Part shown: positions 44,859 through 55,045 of the stretch, piece by piece | How the letters are laid out: each line of letters starts with the position of its first letter | Numbering within the stretch: the stretch's first letter is position 1 | Translations under genes and position numbers: made by a program | The notes under the pieces: model-generated | The model's database searches: none | What the model saw: only the letters and a program-made list of their open reading frames with translations | What the model was told of the DNA's origin: nothing | From: an uncultured Coriobacteriia bacterium | Lineage (GTDB): Bacteria > Actinomycetota > Coriobacteriia > Coriobacteriales > QAMH01 | NCBI GenBank assembly: GCA_959608885.1 | Contig: CAUHSG010000007.1 | Location: forward strand, 1,616-65,615 | DNA: 64,000 nucleotides | Direction: 5' to 3'

Positions 44859-46718
44859 CTAGTCCTTCAGCTCGTCAGGCGCATTGCTCCGCAGCCTCAC
44901 GAGTTCCTTCTGCATCGACACGGTTCGCTCGAAGAGCTCGTCGAGCTCCTCGGGAGAAAGCCCGCTCTCCGAACGCATGCGCGCCTTCGCATCTCGAATG
45001 CTTCGCTCGAGGTCACGCTCCCGCAGGGTACGCACCATGAGCCGTGCCTGAAACAGCTTCTCCTCGCCGTCCTCCGTTTCGACCATCGCCTGCGCGAGCA
45101 GGGTCGAGGCATCGGGACATGCGCCTTGGACCGACGCGAGCGCCTGCGCGGCGGATGCTTCATGGTCAAGCGCGATGAGGGCATCTGCCATGCTCTCCGC
45201 CGCCTGGTCCATCCACCTGATGCGCACCAAGTCCTTCCCGATATGATCGAGGAGATGAGCGTCTGTCACAACGAGCGCGATAAGCCCGTACTCCATGCGG
45301 GCGGATTGTTGGTCCGCCTCGATAATCTGCCTGGCCACAGGATCAACCGCATTCGATTGGGGCTCTGAGACGGCCTGATCGTCTTGATGGCGGGCAGCCA
45401 TAGGGGCCTTGGTCTCCTTGAGAGCCTTGAATACGGCAGTATACTCCACATTCAGACGGTCGGCGATGATATTGACGTAGTCCGTTGCCGAAACGGAATT
45501 CTTGATGGGATACAGAATCTGCAACGCCTCCGTCATGGCACGGACCTTGTTTTCCGGACGCCGCAGGTCATGACGCTCGATGCATCGGTTGATCGAGAAA
45601 GCCAGCAGCGGCTCGGCGGCGGCGATAACGGCACGCATCGCATCGGCGTCATTGGCGGCAAGGAATTCGGCAGGGTCCTTGCCATCGGGCAACACGGCAA
45701 CGCGCAGGTCGATTGGGTCGCGCCTGCTCTCGACCGCCGATTGCCAGTCGATGAACTCGCTCGCGCGGTCGGCCGCCTTCTGCCCGGCCGCATCGCCGTC
45801 GAAGAGATAGACGATGCGCGTGGCAAAGCGGCTGATGAGCTTCACGTGCTGCGCCGTGAGCGCCGTGCCGAGAGTGGCGACGACGTTCTTGATGCCCGCC
45901 TGATGCATGGCGATGACATCGGTATAGCCTTCCACGACGATGGCTTCGCCGCTATTGACGATGGCGTTTTTCGCGATGTCGATGCCGAACATGTTCGACG
46001 ACTTATGGAAGACCGGCGTCTCCGAGGTGTTGAGGTACTTGGGTTCGCCTTGCCCCATGATGCGGCCGCCGAAGGCGATGCTGCGCCCCTGCAGGTCATG
46101 CACGGGGAACATCACGCGCTCGAAGAAGCGATCGACGAGGCGTCCCGACTTGTTCACGTAGGCGAGGTTCGCGCCGACGATCTCGTCACGGTTGAAGCCG
46201 CGCGATTGCAGGTGCGCGACGAGTTTGCCGTGTCCGGGCGCATAGCCGAGCTTCCATTCACGCGCGCACTCCGAGCCAAAGCCGCGCTCGTGCAAGTAGG
46301 CGCGCGCCTGCGAAGGGCCGGCATCACGCGAGCGCATGAGCTCCATATGGTAGAACTCCTCGGCCTCGGCGCAGGCCTGCATCATGCGGTCCTTGAGGCT
46401 GCGCGGGATGCCGCTTCCGCCCACCTCGGTAATCTCGATGTTGGCACGATCGGCAAGCGCGCGCACGGCCTCGGGAAACTCGAGATGCTCGCTTTCCATG
46501 AGATAGCCAAACACGTCGCCACTCTTGCCACAGCCGAAGCAGTGCCAGTTCTGCAGGTCAGGGTCAATCTTGAAGGAAGGCGTCTTCTCGTCATGGAATG
46601 GGCAGCAACCCCAGAACAGGCGTCCCTTCTGGCTGAGTACGACGCGTTCGCTCACGAGGGCGACCAGATCGGTCGCCTCGCGTACGCGGCGAATGTCATC
46701 GTCTGAGATGCGCGCCAT
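44859..46718 (-). CDS. dnaG: DNA primase
   Basis: CHC2 zinc finger CPFHDEKTPSFKIDPDLQNWHCFGC. TOPRIM block VVEGYTDVIAMHQAG. It lies immediately upstream of rpoD, as in the conserved operon. Confidence 0.95.
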   Translation of the reverse strand: MARISDDDIRRVREATDLVALVSERVVLSQKGRLFWGCCPFHDEKTPSFKIDPDLQNWHCFGCGKSGDVFGYLMESEHLEFPEAVRALADRANIEITEVGGSGIPRSLKDRMMQACAEAEEFYHMELMRSRDAGPSQARAYLHERGFGSECAREWKLGYAPGHGKLVAHLQSRGFNRDEIVGANLAYVNKSGRLVDRFFERVMFPVHDLQGRSIAFGGRIMGQGEPKYLNTSETPVFHKSSNMFGIDIAKNAIVNSGEAIVVEGYTDVIAMHQAGIKNVVATLGTALTAQHVKLISRFATRIVYLFDGDAAGQKAADRASEFIDWQSAVESRRDPIDLRVAVLPDGKDPAEFLAANDADAMRAVIAAAEPLLAFSINRCIERHDLRRPENKVRAMTEALQILYPIKNSVSATDYVNIIADRLNVEYTAVFKALKETKAPMAARHQDDQAVSEPQSNAVDPVARQIIEADQQSARMEYGLIALVVTDAHLLDHIGKDLVRIRWMDQAAESMADALIALDHEASAAQALASVQGACPDASTLLAQAMVETEDGEEKLFQARLMVRTLRERDLERSIRDAKARMRSESGLSPEELDELFERTVSMQKELVRLRSNAPDELKD

Positions 46719-46721
46719 GCG

Positions 46722-47654
46722 TCACCTGCCTCCCAGATGCTCGCGTACCCATGTGATATTGCCCATTACGGTCTCGATGAGCTCTTCCTTCGTCTCGAAC
46801 ACGCGCGGCCCGCGCAGCCATTCCTCGAACTCGATGCGAATCTCCTTGCCGTAGAGGTCACCGTCGAAGTCGAGCAGATGCGCCTCGACCGGAGCCGTCG
46901 CCTCAGCAAAGCTCCTGGCCACGCCCACGTTGACGGCGGCGGCATAGCGCACGCCATCGACGATGCCATACGCACCGTAGACGCCCTCGCGCGGCAGCAT
47001 CGTCTCGCAATTCGCCAAGTCGAGGTTGGCCGTCGCGAAGCCAAATCCGTCACCCGCACCGCGTCCGTGCACAATCGTGCCGACGATGGCATGCGGCCTA
47101 CCCGCAAGCAGACGCTTTGCCTGCGCGACTGCGCCTTCGCGCAGCTCGTTGCGTATGCGCGTCGCCGAGATGACCTCGCCATCTTCCTCGATGAGTTCGC
47201 AGGCAACGTAGGCGCAGTCTTGCGTGAGCGCCCAGCGCCCCAGATCATCGGCCGTGCCGCTCGCCTTACAGCCGAAGCGAAAGTCCGAGCCCGTGAAGAT
47301 GGCTCGTGGATGCGCAACACTCCCCAGAAAATCGAGGAAATCCATCGGCAACATCGAAAACAGCTCCGGACTTGCCGGCAGGGCAAGCACACCGCCCTCG
47401 GCCTGCTCGGCGACCATCGCCAGACGATCCTCGTTCGAGAGCAGCTTGCCGAAGCTCGAATCATCGGCGCGAAATATCTCGTCGGGATCGCGCTCGAAGG
47501 TCACGGCGACAAGCGGCACGCCGAGCTCGCGAGCTTGTTCGCGTGCCTGGGCAAAAATCGCGCGATGCCCGATGTGCATGCCGTCGAAGACGCCGATGAC
47601 AAACACGGCATCGCCCAGATTGGCAGGCGCACCACCTACCGGGTCCGCGCGCAT
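46722..47654 (-). CDS. ribF: bifunctional riboflavin kinase / FAD synthetase
   Basis: Start ATG 47654 (MRADPVGG...). Blocks: GVFDGMHIGH and the C-terminal riboflavin kinase domain (GFATANL, VEAHLLDFDGDLYG). The upstream part of ORF 46722-48029 overlaps truB and is rejected. Confidence 0.9.
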   Translation of the reverse strand: MRADPVGGAPANLGDAVFVIGVFDGMHIGHRAIFAQAREQARELGVPLVAVTFERDPDEIFRADDSSFGKLLSNEDRLAMVAEQAEGGVLALPASPELFSMLPMDFLDFLGSVAHPRAIFTGSDFRFGCKASGTADDLGRWALTQDCAYVACELIEEDGEVISATRIRNELREGAVAQAKRLLAGRPHAIVGTIVHGRGAGDGFGFATANLDLANCETMLPREGVYGAYGIVDGVRYAAAVNVGVARSFAEATAPVEAHLLDFDGDLYGKEIRIEFEEWLRGPRVFETKEELIETVMGNITWVREHLGGR

Positions 47655-47667
47655 GATATGTCCCGCC

Positions 47668-48639
47668 CTAGACAACGCCGACGACACCTCCGGGGATGAC
47701 CGTCGCAGGGCGACATGCACCGGAAACGAAGTTGTAGACCGCGAGCAATCTATGACCGCACGTGCATGAAACCATACCCTCGCCCGCGTCGACGTCCGTG
47801 AGCTCGCGACCGTTCGCAACGCATTGGGCCTGCTGCTCGCCAAGTTCGATGACGGGAAAACCCAGCAGCTTGGCCGGGTCGCACCAGGGAAGCGCGCGTC
47901 CTTCTTCCGCGCAGCTCGAAAGCTCGTCGATGGAGCAGGCCTCCTCGATGCCCGTGCTCGCAACCGAAGTGCGACGCAGTGAACCCAGATGCGCACCGCA
48001 TCCCAGGTACGCGCCAATGTCACGCGCAAGCGCGCGGATGTACGTGCCTTTGCTCACGTCGAAGTGAACGTCCCAATATGGCAGCGTGCGCATGCACGTC
48101 TTGCCGTCAGCGTCGACAAGCTCGACATCCTGCACGCCCGTGGCATCGAGACGTGCCGCATGCACGGTGATGGTGCGCGTCTCCAGTTCGATTGCCTTGC
48201 CCCCTCGCGCCGCCTTGTACGCGACGACGCCGTTTTTCTTGATGGCCGAGTACGCAGGCGGCAGCTGTTCGAGCATGCCCGTGAACTCATCGAGCACGGC
48301 CCTGGCATCGACGTTATGCATCGCATCGGCCAATGCGACATCCTCGCTGCCGGACAGCACGCGTCCCTGCGCATCATCGGTATCGGTAGCCACACCGAAG
48401 ACGATGCGTGCATCGTAGCCCTTGTCGTGACCGGTGAGGTATTCGGACAGACGCGTTGCCGCGCCCACGCCCACGAGCATGAGCCCGGTAGCCGCCGGGT
48501 CGAGCGTGCCGGCATGGCCCACGCGCCGCTCGCCCGTAATCTGGCGCACGCGATTGACCACGTCATGCGAGGTCATCCCGTAGGGCTTGTCGAGCGCGAG
48601 CACGCCGCACAACCCGCTGGCGGTGCGCCTACGACTCAT
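47668..48639 (-). CDS. truB: tRNA pseudouridine(55) synthase
   Basis: Blocks LALDKPYGMTSHDVV and HAGTLDPAATGLM. Position is conserved after rbfA/nrnA. Confidence 0.93.
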   Translation of the reverse strand: MSRRRTASGLCGVLALDKPYGMTSHDVVNRVRQITGERRVGHAGTLDPAATGLMLVGVGAATRLSEYLTGHDKGYDARIVFGVATDTDDAQGRVLSGSEDVALADAMHNVDARAVLDEFTGMLEQLPPAYSAIKKNGVVAYKAARGGKAIELETRTITVHAARLDATGVQDVELVDADGKTCMRTLPYWDVHFDVSKGTYIRALARDIGAYLGCGAHLGSLRRTSVASTGIEEACSIDELSSCAEEGRALPWCDPAKLLGFPVIELGEQQAQCVANGRELTDVDAGEGMVSCTCGHRLLAVYNFVSGACRPATVIPGGVVGVV

Positions 48640-49685
48640 AGCATGTCCTCGCGAATCTTGGTGAACACGGTCGTGTTGGTGACTTCGGCATCCGTTGTCA
48701 TCCGGGCGCTCGACTGCTCGGCAAACAACTTCGCGACGAGCTCCTCGACGATGGCGCGTGCCTCGGGCAGCTTGCCGTGGATGGTAAAGCCAGCCGCGGC
48801 CTTGTGACCGCCACCGTTCATCTGTGCCGCGATGGCCGCGACATCGCGATCGGTCTTGGAGCGAATCGAGCCGCGCACGATGGGACCCTGTTCGCGCAGC
48901 ATGACGGCCACCTCGACGCCATCGAGCTGGCGGATCGCATCGATGAGCGAATCACCGTCTTCCTTGTTCGCGCCGAGTTCCTCGAAATCGGCCTCGCAGG
49001 CCCAGGACAGGGCGAGCCTGCCATCGAAGAGGAGTTCGAGACGGCGCACGACGAGCGCCTCGAGCTGCAGGGCAGCCCAGCTGCGACGCTGGTACACGTA
49101 ACGAGCAACCTCGGACGGAACCGCACCGGCGTCCGCCATCTTGGCGGCAGCCATGAACGCGCGCGAATCGGCGTTCTGGAACTGGAAGCGTCCGGTATCC
49201 GTCACGAGCGCGGTATAGCAGCAGGTCGCGATCTGCTGCGTCATCTCGACGCCAGTTTGCTCGAGGAAGTCCCAGACGAGCATGCCGGCCGCGGCAGCCG
49301 TGTTGTCCACATAGCCGACATCGGCGAATGCCGCATCTCCCTGATGATGGTCGATGACGAGGGTCTTCTTGGCACGCTTGAAGACGTGCTCGCCATCACC
49401 GCTACGCGAGACGCTCGGTACGTCAACCAATATGAAGACATCCGGTTGCACATGGTAATCGCAAGCGGATACGAAGTCCCCGTAACCTTCGAGAAAGTCA
49501 TAGAGCCTGGGGTGCTCGCGCGTCGCGAGCAGCGGCGTGACCTCGTAACCGAGGCTGCGCAGACCCAAGGTGAGGGCGAGCGTGCTGCCCAGGCAGTCAC
49601 CATCCGGGTTGACGTGACCGCAAATGGCGACGCTGTGCGCCCCGGCAAGCAGCTCAATGCCCTGCGTGTAATCGAGCTTCGTCAT
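48636..49685 (-). CDS. nrnA: DHH family phosphoesterase (NrnA-type oligoribonuclease/pAp phosphatase)
   Basis: Motifs HVNPDGDCLGS, VIDHHQGD and DHHA1 GGGHKAAAG. It overlaps the truB start by 4 nt. Confidence 0.85.
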   Translation of the reverse strand: MTKLDYTQGIELLAGAHSVAICGHVNPDGDCLGSTLALTLGLRSLGYEVTPLLATREHPRLYDFLEGYGDFVSACDYHVQPDVFILVDVPSVSRSGDGEHVFKRAKKTLVIDHHQGDAAFADVGYVDNTAAAAGMLVWDFLEQTGVEMTQQIATCCYTALVTDTGRFQFQNADSRAFMAAAKMADAGAVPSEVARYVYQRRSWAALQLEALVVRRLELLFDGRLALSWACEADFEELGANKEDGDSLIDAIRQLDGVEVAVMLREQGPIVRGSIRSKTDRDVAAIAAQMNGGGHKAAAGFTIHGKLPEARAIVEELVAKLFAEQSSARMTTDAEVTNTTVFTKIREDML

Positions 49686-49736
49686 AGATCATCCCTTTGT
49701 TCTGATGCCGTCATCGCAAACGAAGAAACTGTCGTG

Positions 49737-50072
49737 CTAGCCCTCGTCAGAGAACAGCGATGCGATGCGCTCGGCCGCATCGACCGACGGGTCGATGAAA
49801 AAGCGCAGCTCGGGCGTGACGCGCCAGCCGAGACTCTTGCCGACAAGCGAGCGAATGCGCCCTTTGGCGGCTTCGAGCCCCTCCATGACCTCGTCGTAGC
49901 GACTCGCATCGGCGCTCACGTAGACGTTGGCGACTTCGCGGTCCTTCGAGACCTCGACGTCGGTCACCGTCACGAGCTCGAGACGCGGATCGGCGATCTG
50001 GAACAGGAGCACGTTGGCAATCTTCTCGCGCAGCTCCTCGTTGACGCGACGCGATGTGGGTGTCTGCTTCAT
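49737..50072 (-). CDS. rbfA: ribosome-binding factor A
   Basis: 111 aa with VNEELREKIANVLLFQIADPRL and VTDVEVSKD blocks. It starts 2 nt after the infB stop. Confidence 0.92.
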   Translation of the reverse strand: MKQTPTSRRVNEELREKIANVLLFQIADPRLELVTVTDVEVSKDREVANVYVSADASRYDEVMEGLEAAKGRIRSLVGKSLGWRVTPELRFFIDPSVDAAERIASLFSDEG

Positions 50073-50074
50073 GT

Positions 50075-52645
50075 CTATTCCTTACGGGCGACCTGCTCGA
50101 TGCGATAGCCCTCGATGACGTCGCCTTCCTTGATATCCTGGAAGTCCTCAATGCCAATGCCGCACTCCGTGCCCGAACGCACCGATGACACGTCATCGCG
50201 ATAATGGCGCATGGACATGATGGAGCCGTCATGGACGATGACACCGTCGCGCACGATGCGCACGTGATCGGTGCTCGCAATCTCGCCCTCGGTGACGATG
50301 CAGCCGGCGATGACACCGACCTTGGGCATCTTGAAGGTCTCGCGCACGGTGGCAGAGCCGGTGTCGACCTCGACCTCCTCGGGAGCGAGCAAGCCGACGC
50401 GTGCGGCGTTGATATCCTCGATGGCCTGATAAATGACGCGATACAGGCGAATGTCGACCTTCTCGCGCTCGGCGACCTGACGCACGCCAGCCTGCGGACG
50501 CACGCCGAAGCCGATGATGATGGCATCGGATGCCGCGGCGAAGTTGACGTCGGTTTCGGTGACGCCACCGACGGCAGCGCGAATGACGTTGATGCGTACC
50601 TCGGACTGATCCATCTTCTCGAGCGCGCCGCGCAGGGCCTCGATGGAGCCCTGGGTATCGGCCTTGACGATGAGATTGAGCTCGGCGTGCTTGTTGGCCT
50701 CGATGCGAGCGAAGAGGTCGTCGAGGTTCATGTGGCGCGGAGCCTCCTGGGCGGCCAGGCGCTGCTTGAGCTCGCGCTCGGCGGCCAGGCTGCGGGCCTC
50801 GGACTCGTTTTCGAAGACGGCGAACTCGTCACCGGCACTCGGAACCGAGGACAGGCCCAGAATCTCGACCGGATCGGCGGGCTTTGCCTCCTTGACCGAG
50901 TTGCCCTTCGGGTCGATGAGCGCACGCACATGGCCGAAGCACACGCCCGCGACGAGCGCATCGCCCACGCGCAAGGTGCCACGCTGCACGATGACGGTCG
51001 CCACCGGACCACGGCCCTTGTCGAGGTTGGCCTCGATGACGAAGCCGCTTGCGGTCGTATCGGGATTGGCCTTGAGCTCGAGTACCTCGGCTTGCAAGAT
51101 GATGGTCTCGAGCAGCTCGTCGATGTTGAGGTTCTGACGAGCCGAGACCTCGACGAACATGTTGTTGCCGCCCCACTCCTCGGGAATGACGCCGCGCTCG
51201 GCGAGCTCGGTCTTCACGCGGTCGGGGTTGGCGCCCGCCTTGTCGATCTTGTTGATGGCAACGACGATGGGCACGTCGGCGGCCTTGGCATGATCGATGG
51301 CCTCGATAGTCTGCGGCATGACACCGTCATCGGCGGCAACGACCAGAACGATGATGTCGGTGACCTGAGCACCGCGTGCGCGCATAGCCGTGAACGCCTC
51401 GTGGCCCGGCGTGTCGATGAAGGTGATCTGGTTGCCGTTGATCCAGACCACGGATGCGCCGATAGCCTGAGTAATGCCGCCGGCCTCGGCCTGCTGTACG
51501 CCCGAATGGCGGATGGCATCGAGCAACGAGGTCTTGCCGTGGTCGACGTGACCCATAACGGTGACGACGGGCGGACGGGGCTTGAGGTCCTTCTCGTCAT
51601 CGTAGAAGGTGAACGACATCTCCTCCTCCGGCGAGATGATCTTGACCTCGCGGCCAATATCGCCGGCGATGAGCTCGACCAGGTCGTCGCTCATCGACTG
51701 CGTGAGCGTGAGCGGCGTGCCGAGCAGGAAGAGCCTCTTGACGACCTCGTTGCCGGGCACCTCGAGCGCGTCGGCGAGCTCGCCGACCGTGATGCCGCTC
51801 GTGACCTGCACGACGCCAACGGGCACGCCCGTGATCTCGGCCTTGCGCTGCGCCTCTTCCTCGGCCTTCTTGGCGGCCTCGGCAGCGCGGCGCTCCTTGC
51901 GCTTCTTGCGACGACCGCTCGACTGCTTCTCGGCCTCGGCAACGGCGGCACGGGCCTCCTCGAGTACCTTGTCGCGTTGCAGCTGCTCGGCAGCCTGCGC
52001 CATCTGACGATAGCGGTCATCCTCGGACTCGGAATCGACCTCGACCTGCTGGCGGCCCTTCTTTTTCTTCTTGGCGCCCTTCTCGCGATACGGCGACTCG
52101 GACTGCGCAGGCTCAGCTACCGCTTGCTCGGAGGCGGCGGCACGGGCCTCGGCGGCCTCGCGCTTCTCCTGCGTCAGGCGGTTGCTCTCGGCGGCGATCT
52201 GCGAAAGCAGGCCGTCGAAGACGGACGGCTTGGCGGGCCTGGCCTCCTGTTGGGCGGCCTTGTCGGCGGCCTCGGCCTCCTGCTGAGCGGCCTTGGCCTC
52301 CGCCTCGGCGGCCTCACGCCTCTTCTGCTCCTTCTGACGGCGCTTTATCTCGGCCTGGGCAGCCTGCTTGTGCTCTTCCTCGAGGCGCTTGCGCTCCTCT
52401 TCCTCGGCACTCGCCTTCTCGTCCTCGGCGCTCTTTTCGGCATCTTCCGGAGCCTGATCGGTGCGATTCTGCAACTCGGGACCAAGCTCCTTGCGAATCT
52501 TGTCGACATAGGCGTCGACGAGCGTTGACGCATGGTTCTTGACGGGGATCTTCATCTCCTTGAGTCTCTCGACGAGCTCCTTGGAGGTCATCCCGAACTC
52601 CTTGGCGAGTTCATGTACGCGCATTCCTGCCATATTCCCTATCAC
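50075..52645 (-). CDS. infB: translation initiation factor IF-2
   Basis: G-domain motifs [17 protein letters not shown] and NKID. The N-terminal region is Ala/Glu/Lys-rich. GTG start 52645 overlaps the ylxR stop (GTGA). In-frame ATGs at codons 5 and 8 are alternatives. Confidence 0.95.
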   Translation of the reverse strand: MIGNMAGMRVHELAKEFGMTSKELVERLKEMKIPVKNHASTLVDAYVDKIRKELGPELQNRTDQAPEDAEKSAEDEKASAEEEERKRLEEEHKQAAQAEIKRRQKEQKRREAAEAEAKAAQQEAEAADKAAQQEARPAKPSVFDGLLSQIAAESNRLTQEKREAAEARAAASEQAVAEPAQSESPYREKGAKKKKKGRQQVEVDSESEDDRYRQMAQAAEQLQRDKVLEEARAAVAEAEKQSSGRRKKRKERRAAEAAKKAEEEAQRKAEITGVPVGVVQVTSGITVGELADALEVPGNEVVKRLFLLGTPLTLTQSMSDDLVELIAGDIGREVKIISPEEEMSFTFYDDEKDLKPRPPVVTVMGHVDHGKTSLLDAIRHSGVQQAEAGGITQAIGASVVWINGNQITFIDTPGHEAFTAMRARGAQVTDIIVLVVAADDGVMPQTIEAIDHAKAADVPIVVAINKIDKAGANPDRVKTELAERGVIPEEWGGNNMFVEVSARQNLNIDELLETIILQAEVLELKANPDTTASGFVIEANLDKGRGPVATVIVQRGTLRVGDALVAGVCFGHVRALIDPKGNSVKEAKPADPVEILGLSSVPSAGDEFAVFENESEARSLAAERELKQRLAAQEAPRHMNLDDLFARIEANKHAELNLIVKADTQGSIEALRGALEKMDQSEVRINVIRAAVGGVTETDVNFAAASDAIIIGFGVRPQAGVRQVAEREKVDIRLYRVIYQAIEDINAARVGLLAPEEVEVDTGSATVRETFKMPKVGVIAGCIVTEGEIASTDHVRIVRDGVIVHDGSIMSMRHYRDDVSSVRSGTECGIGIEDFQDIKEGDVIEGYRIEQVARKE

Positions 52646-52941
52646 CTATCCCCTGCTGACGCCGCGCCCATGGCGCTCATATACACGTCAAAATCGGCCC
52701 TGAGCCGGTCGTAATCGTCGTTTCCCACCTTGGTGCGCAGCCGCCCACCCAAAAGGCGCTTCTCACATGCCTTGTCGAAGCATACTTCGTCCGCACACAC
52801 ATAGGCCCCACGTCCCGCCGCCTTGCCGCTTGCATCGAGACCGACAGTGCCATCTGGCATGCGCACGAAACGCACGAGCGAGCGCTTGTCCGAGCTCGCA
52901 TGGCAGGCGATGCAGGTGCGTGTGGGGACCTTCCTCGTCAT
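52642..52941 (-). CDS. ylxR: YlxR/RnpM family (DUF448) RNA-binding protein
   Basis: Start ATG 52941 ([26 protein letters not shown]...GRGAYVC). It overlaps the nusA stop (TAATG). It lies between nusA and infB, the conserved position. Confidence 0.88.
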   Translation of the reverse strand: MTRKVPTRTCIACHASSDKRSLVRFVRMPDGTVGLDASGKAAGRGAYVCADEVCFDKACEKRLLGGRLRTKVGNDDYDRLRADFDVYMSAMGAASAGDR

Positions 52942-54212
52942 TAGATGAGGGACTCCTCTTCCTCGTCCGCGGTGGCCTCGGGCGCCTGGCCATCGGCGTG
53001 AATGCCGCAGTAGCGCGAGCCGGGACGAGCATGGTTGCGGCAGCGCACGCCCTCGGGGCTCACGTACTCGCAACGCATATCCACCGGCTCCTCGTTGACC
53101 TCTTCGTCCTCGTCGATGAGCGAGGTCATGGATGCCAGCGAGACGCCATCGGCTGCGGCGAGGCTCGCCGACTTGATGTCGATGTGCCAGCCAGTCAGAC
53201 GTGCGGCAAGGCGTGCGTTCTGGCCCTCCTTGCCAATGGCGAGCGAGAGCTGGTCATCGGGCACGATGACCGTCGCGTAATGCGAGTCCTCGTCAATGAG
53301 GACGTTGGAGACCTTGGCCGGCGAAAGCGCATTGGCCACGAAGGTCACCGGATCCTCGTTCCACTGGATGACGTCGATGCGCTCACCGCGCAGCTCGCCT
53401 ACGACCATGCGGATGCGCGAGCCCTTGGGACCAACGCACGCACCCACCGGATCGAGGTTGGATTCGCGGGAGTGCACGGCAATCTTGGAGCGGGCGCCCG
53501 CCTCGCGCGCGACCGACTTGACCTCGACGACGCCATCGTAGATCTCGGGCACTTCGAGCTCGAGCAGACGACGGATGAGGTCGGGATGCGTGCGGCTCAC
53601 GATAATGCTCGGGCGATTGCCGCCATCGCGCATGCGCGTGGTGCCATGTGCCTGCTGGCTCGGGTCGCGCACGTCGATGATGAGCGCCTTGATGCGCTGG
53701 TTATGCTGGTAATACTCGTTGCTGGGGCGCTCGTTGCGCTCGTTCTCGTTGCGGCGCCTGTCGAAGTGCGGCAGCTCGGCCTCGACACCATCGCGGATCT
53801 TGATGATGGTGAAGTCGGGCGTGGTCTGGAGCACGGTGCCGGTGATGAGCTCGCCCTTGCGGTCGGCAAACTCCTTGTAGATGCTCGCACGGGCTGCGTC
53901 GCGGACGATCTCGTTGATGACGCGCTTGGCGTTCTGCGCGGCAATGCGCGACACGTTGTCAGGCGTCACGTCGCGCGGCTCGTAGTCCTCGTACTCGCCG
54001 GTCTCGGGATCCTCCTCGCCAATGCCGACCATCTCGTAGACGAAGATGCGGCCGCTCTCGCGGTCGATGGTAACCTGCGCATCCCAGTCGAGATCGAGGA
54101 TGCCCTTATAGCTGCGCGCGAGATCCTGCTCGAGACGCTCGAGCACGGCGAGCTGGTCGATGCCTCGCTCGGTGGCAAGATCGGTGAGTGCGCTGATGAG
54201 TTCTGATGACAT
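52941..54212 (-). CDS. nusA: transcription termination/antitermination factor NusA
   Basis: N-terminal domain, S1 and two KH modules ([36 protein letters not shown]), followed by a C-terminal extension. Confidence 0.95.
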   Translation of the reverse strand: MSSELISALTDLATERGIDQLAVLERLEQDLARSYKGILDLDWDAQVTIDRESGRIFVYEMVGIGEEDPETGEYEDYEPRDVTPDNVSRIAAQNAKRVINEIVRDAARASIYKEFADRKGELITGTVLQTTPDFTIIKIRDGVEAELPHFDRRRNENERNERPSNEYYQHNQRIKALIIDVRDPSQQAHGTTRMRDGGNRPSIIVSRTHPDLIRRLLELEVPEIYDGVVEVKSVAREAGARSKIAVHSRESNLDPVGACVGPKGSRIRMVVGELRGERIDVIQWNEDPVTFVANALSPAKVSNVLIDEDSHYATVIVPDDQLSLAIGKEGQNARLAARLTGWHIDIKSASLAAADGVSLASMTSLIDEDEEVNEEPVDMRCEYVSPEGVRCRNHARPGSRYCGIHADGQAPEATADEEEESLI

Positions 54213-54225
54213 GGTTCCTCCCTAT

Positions 54226-54741
54226 TTAGTTGTCCTGGCCAAGCGGCGCGTCTTCGTCATCGAAGTTATGCCCGCTAAAGTCGATCCGGCCGATGATGTG
54301 CGCCTTCTTGATGCGATCGAAGGCAATGCGCTCCATCGTGCCATCTTCCATTTCGAGCACGAGCTCATCACCATCGAGCCCATGCGAAATTCCCGTGTAC
54401 TTGCTGCGTGCGGCGCCCGGCTTGAGATAGGCCACCGTCGTCTCGCCCGCGAATCGGTCGAAATCATCGCGCTTGCGCAGGGGACGATCGATTCCGGGTG
54501 ACGAGACCTCGAGATCGTACGACTCGATGAACGGGTCGGCCTCCTCGATCGCCGCATCCACCCACCCCTGGGCGTCGACGAGCTCGTCAAGCGTGATGCC
54601 ACCAGCCGGCGTGTCAAGGAACACGCGCAGGATGGGGCGCTTGCGCGTGCCGGCCACCTCGACCGTCACCAAATCGAGACCGTGCTTGACCGTAAGCGGC
54701 TCGAGCACCTCGATAAGCTTGTCCTCCCTATTCACCTGCAT
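54226..54741 (-). CDS. rimP: ribosome maturation factor RimP
   Basis: 171 aa with LRVFLDTPAGGITLDE and VSSPGIDRPL blocks. It lies directly upstream of nusA. Confidence 0.9.
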   Translation of the reverse strand: MQVNREDKLIEVLEPLTVKHGLDLVTVEVAGTRKRPILRVFLDTPAGGITLDELVDAQGWVDAAIEEADPFIESYDLEVSSPGIDRPLRKRDDFDRFAGETTVAYLKPGAARSKYTGISHGLDGDELVLEMEDGTMERIAFDRIKKAHIIGRIDFSGHNFDDEDAPLGQDN

Positions 54742-54904
54742 GTCTCCTTACAAACAAAGAAAGCGGGGCAAACCCACTTTCTCCTTGACCTTTACTGACT
54801 TAACGGCGGCGTAGAAAGCCGTACCGTGGCTGCGAGCAGCCTCAAAGCACACGAAACGGGCGCTTTGACAAGCTACCCTATTCTACTCGGATTCGCGCAC
54901 GAGT

Positions 54905-54943
54905 CAATGAGACAAAAGTCGCCGGGGCGCTTTTGTCTCATTG
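54905..54943. repeat. ATGAGACA-family stem-loop
   Basis: 14-bp stem CAATGAGACAAAAG / CTTTTGTCTCATTG. The loop TCGCCGGGGCG is similar to that of 35282-35328. It lies between the leuS stop and the rimP start. Confidence 0.85.
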
Positions 54944-55045
54944 TGTTACAGAGGCCAGACCCTGTAACACACGTGGGTACCAGGCACGGGTTGTGCCGCC
55001 CCATGTCCTGCTATGCAGCTGGCAAGCGACGACCCCTGCTCGCCT

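Noticed and set aside
47655-48029. N-terminal extension of the ribF ORF (46722-48029).
   Set aside because: It overlaps the well-supported truB gene in another frame. The RibF homology, including GVFDGMHIGH, begins right after ATG 47654.
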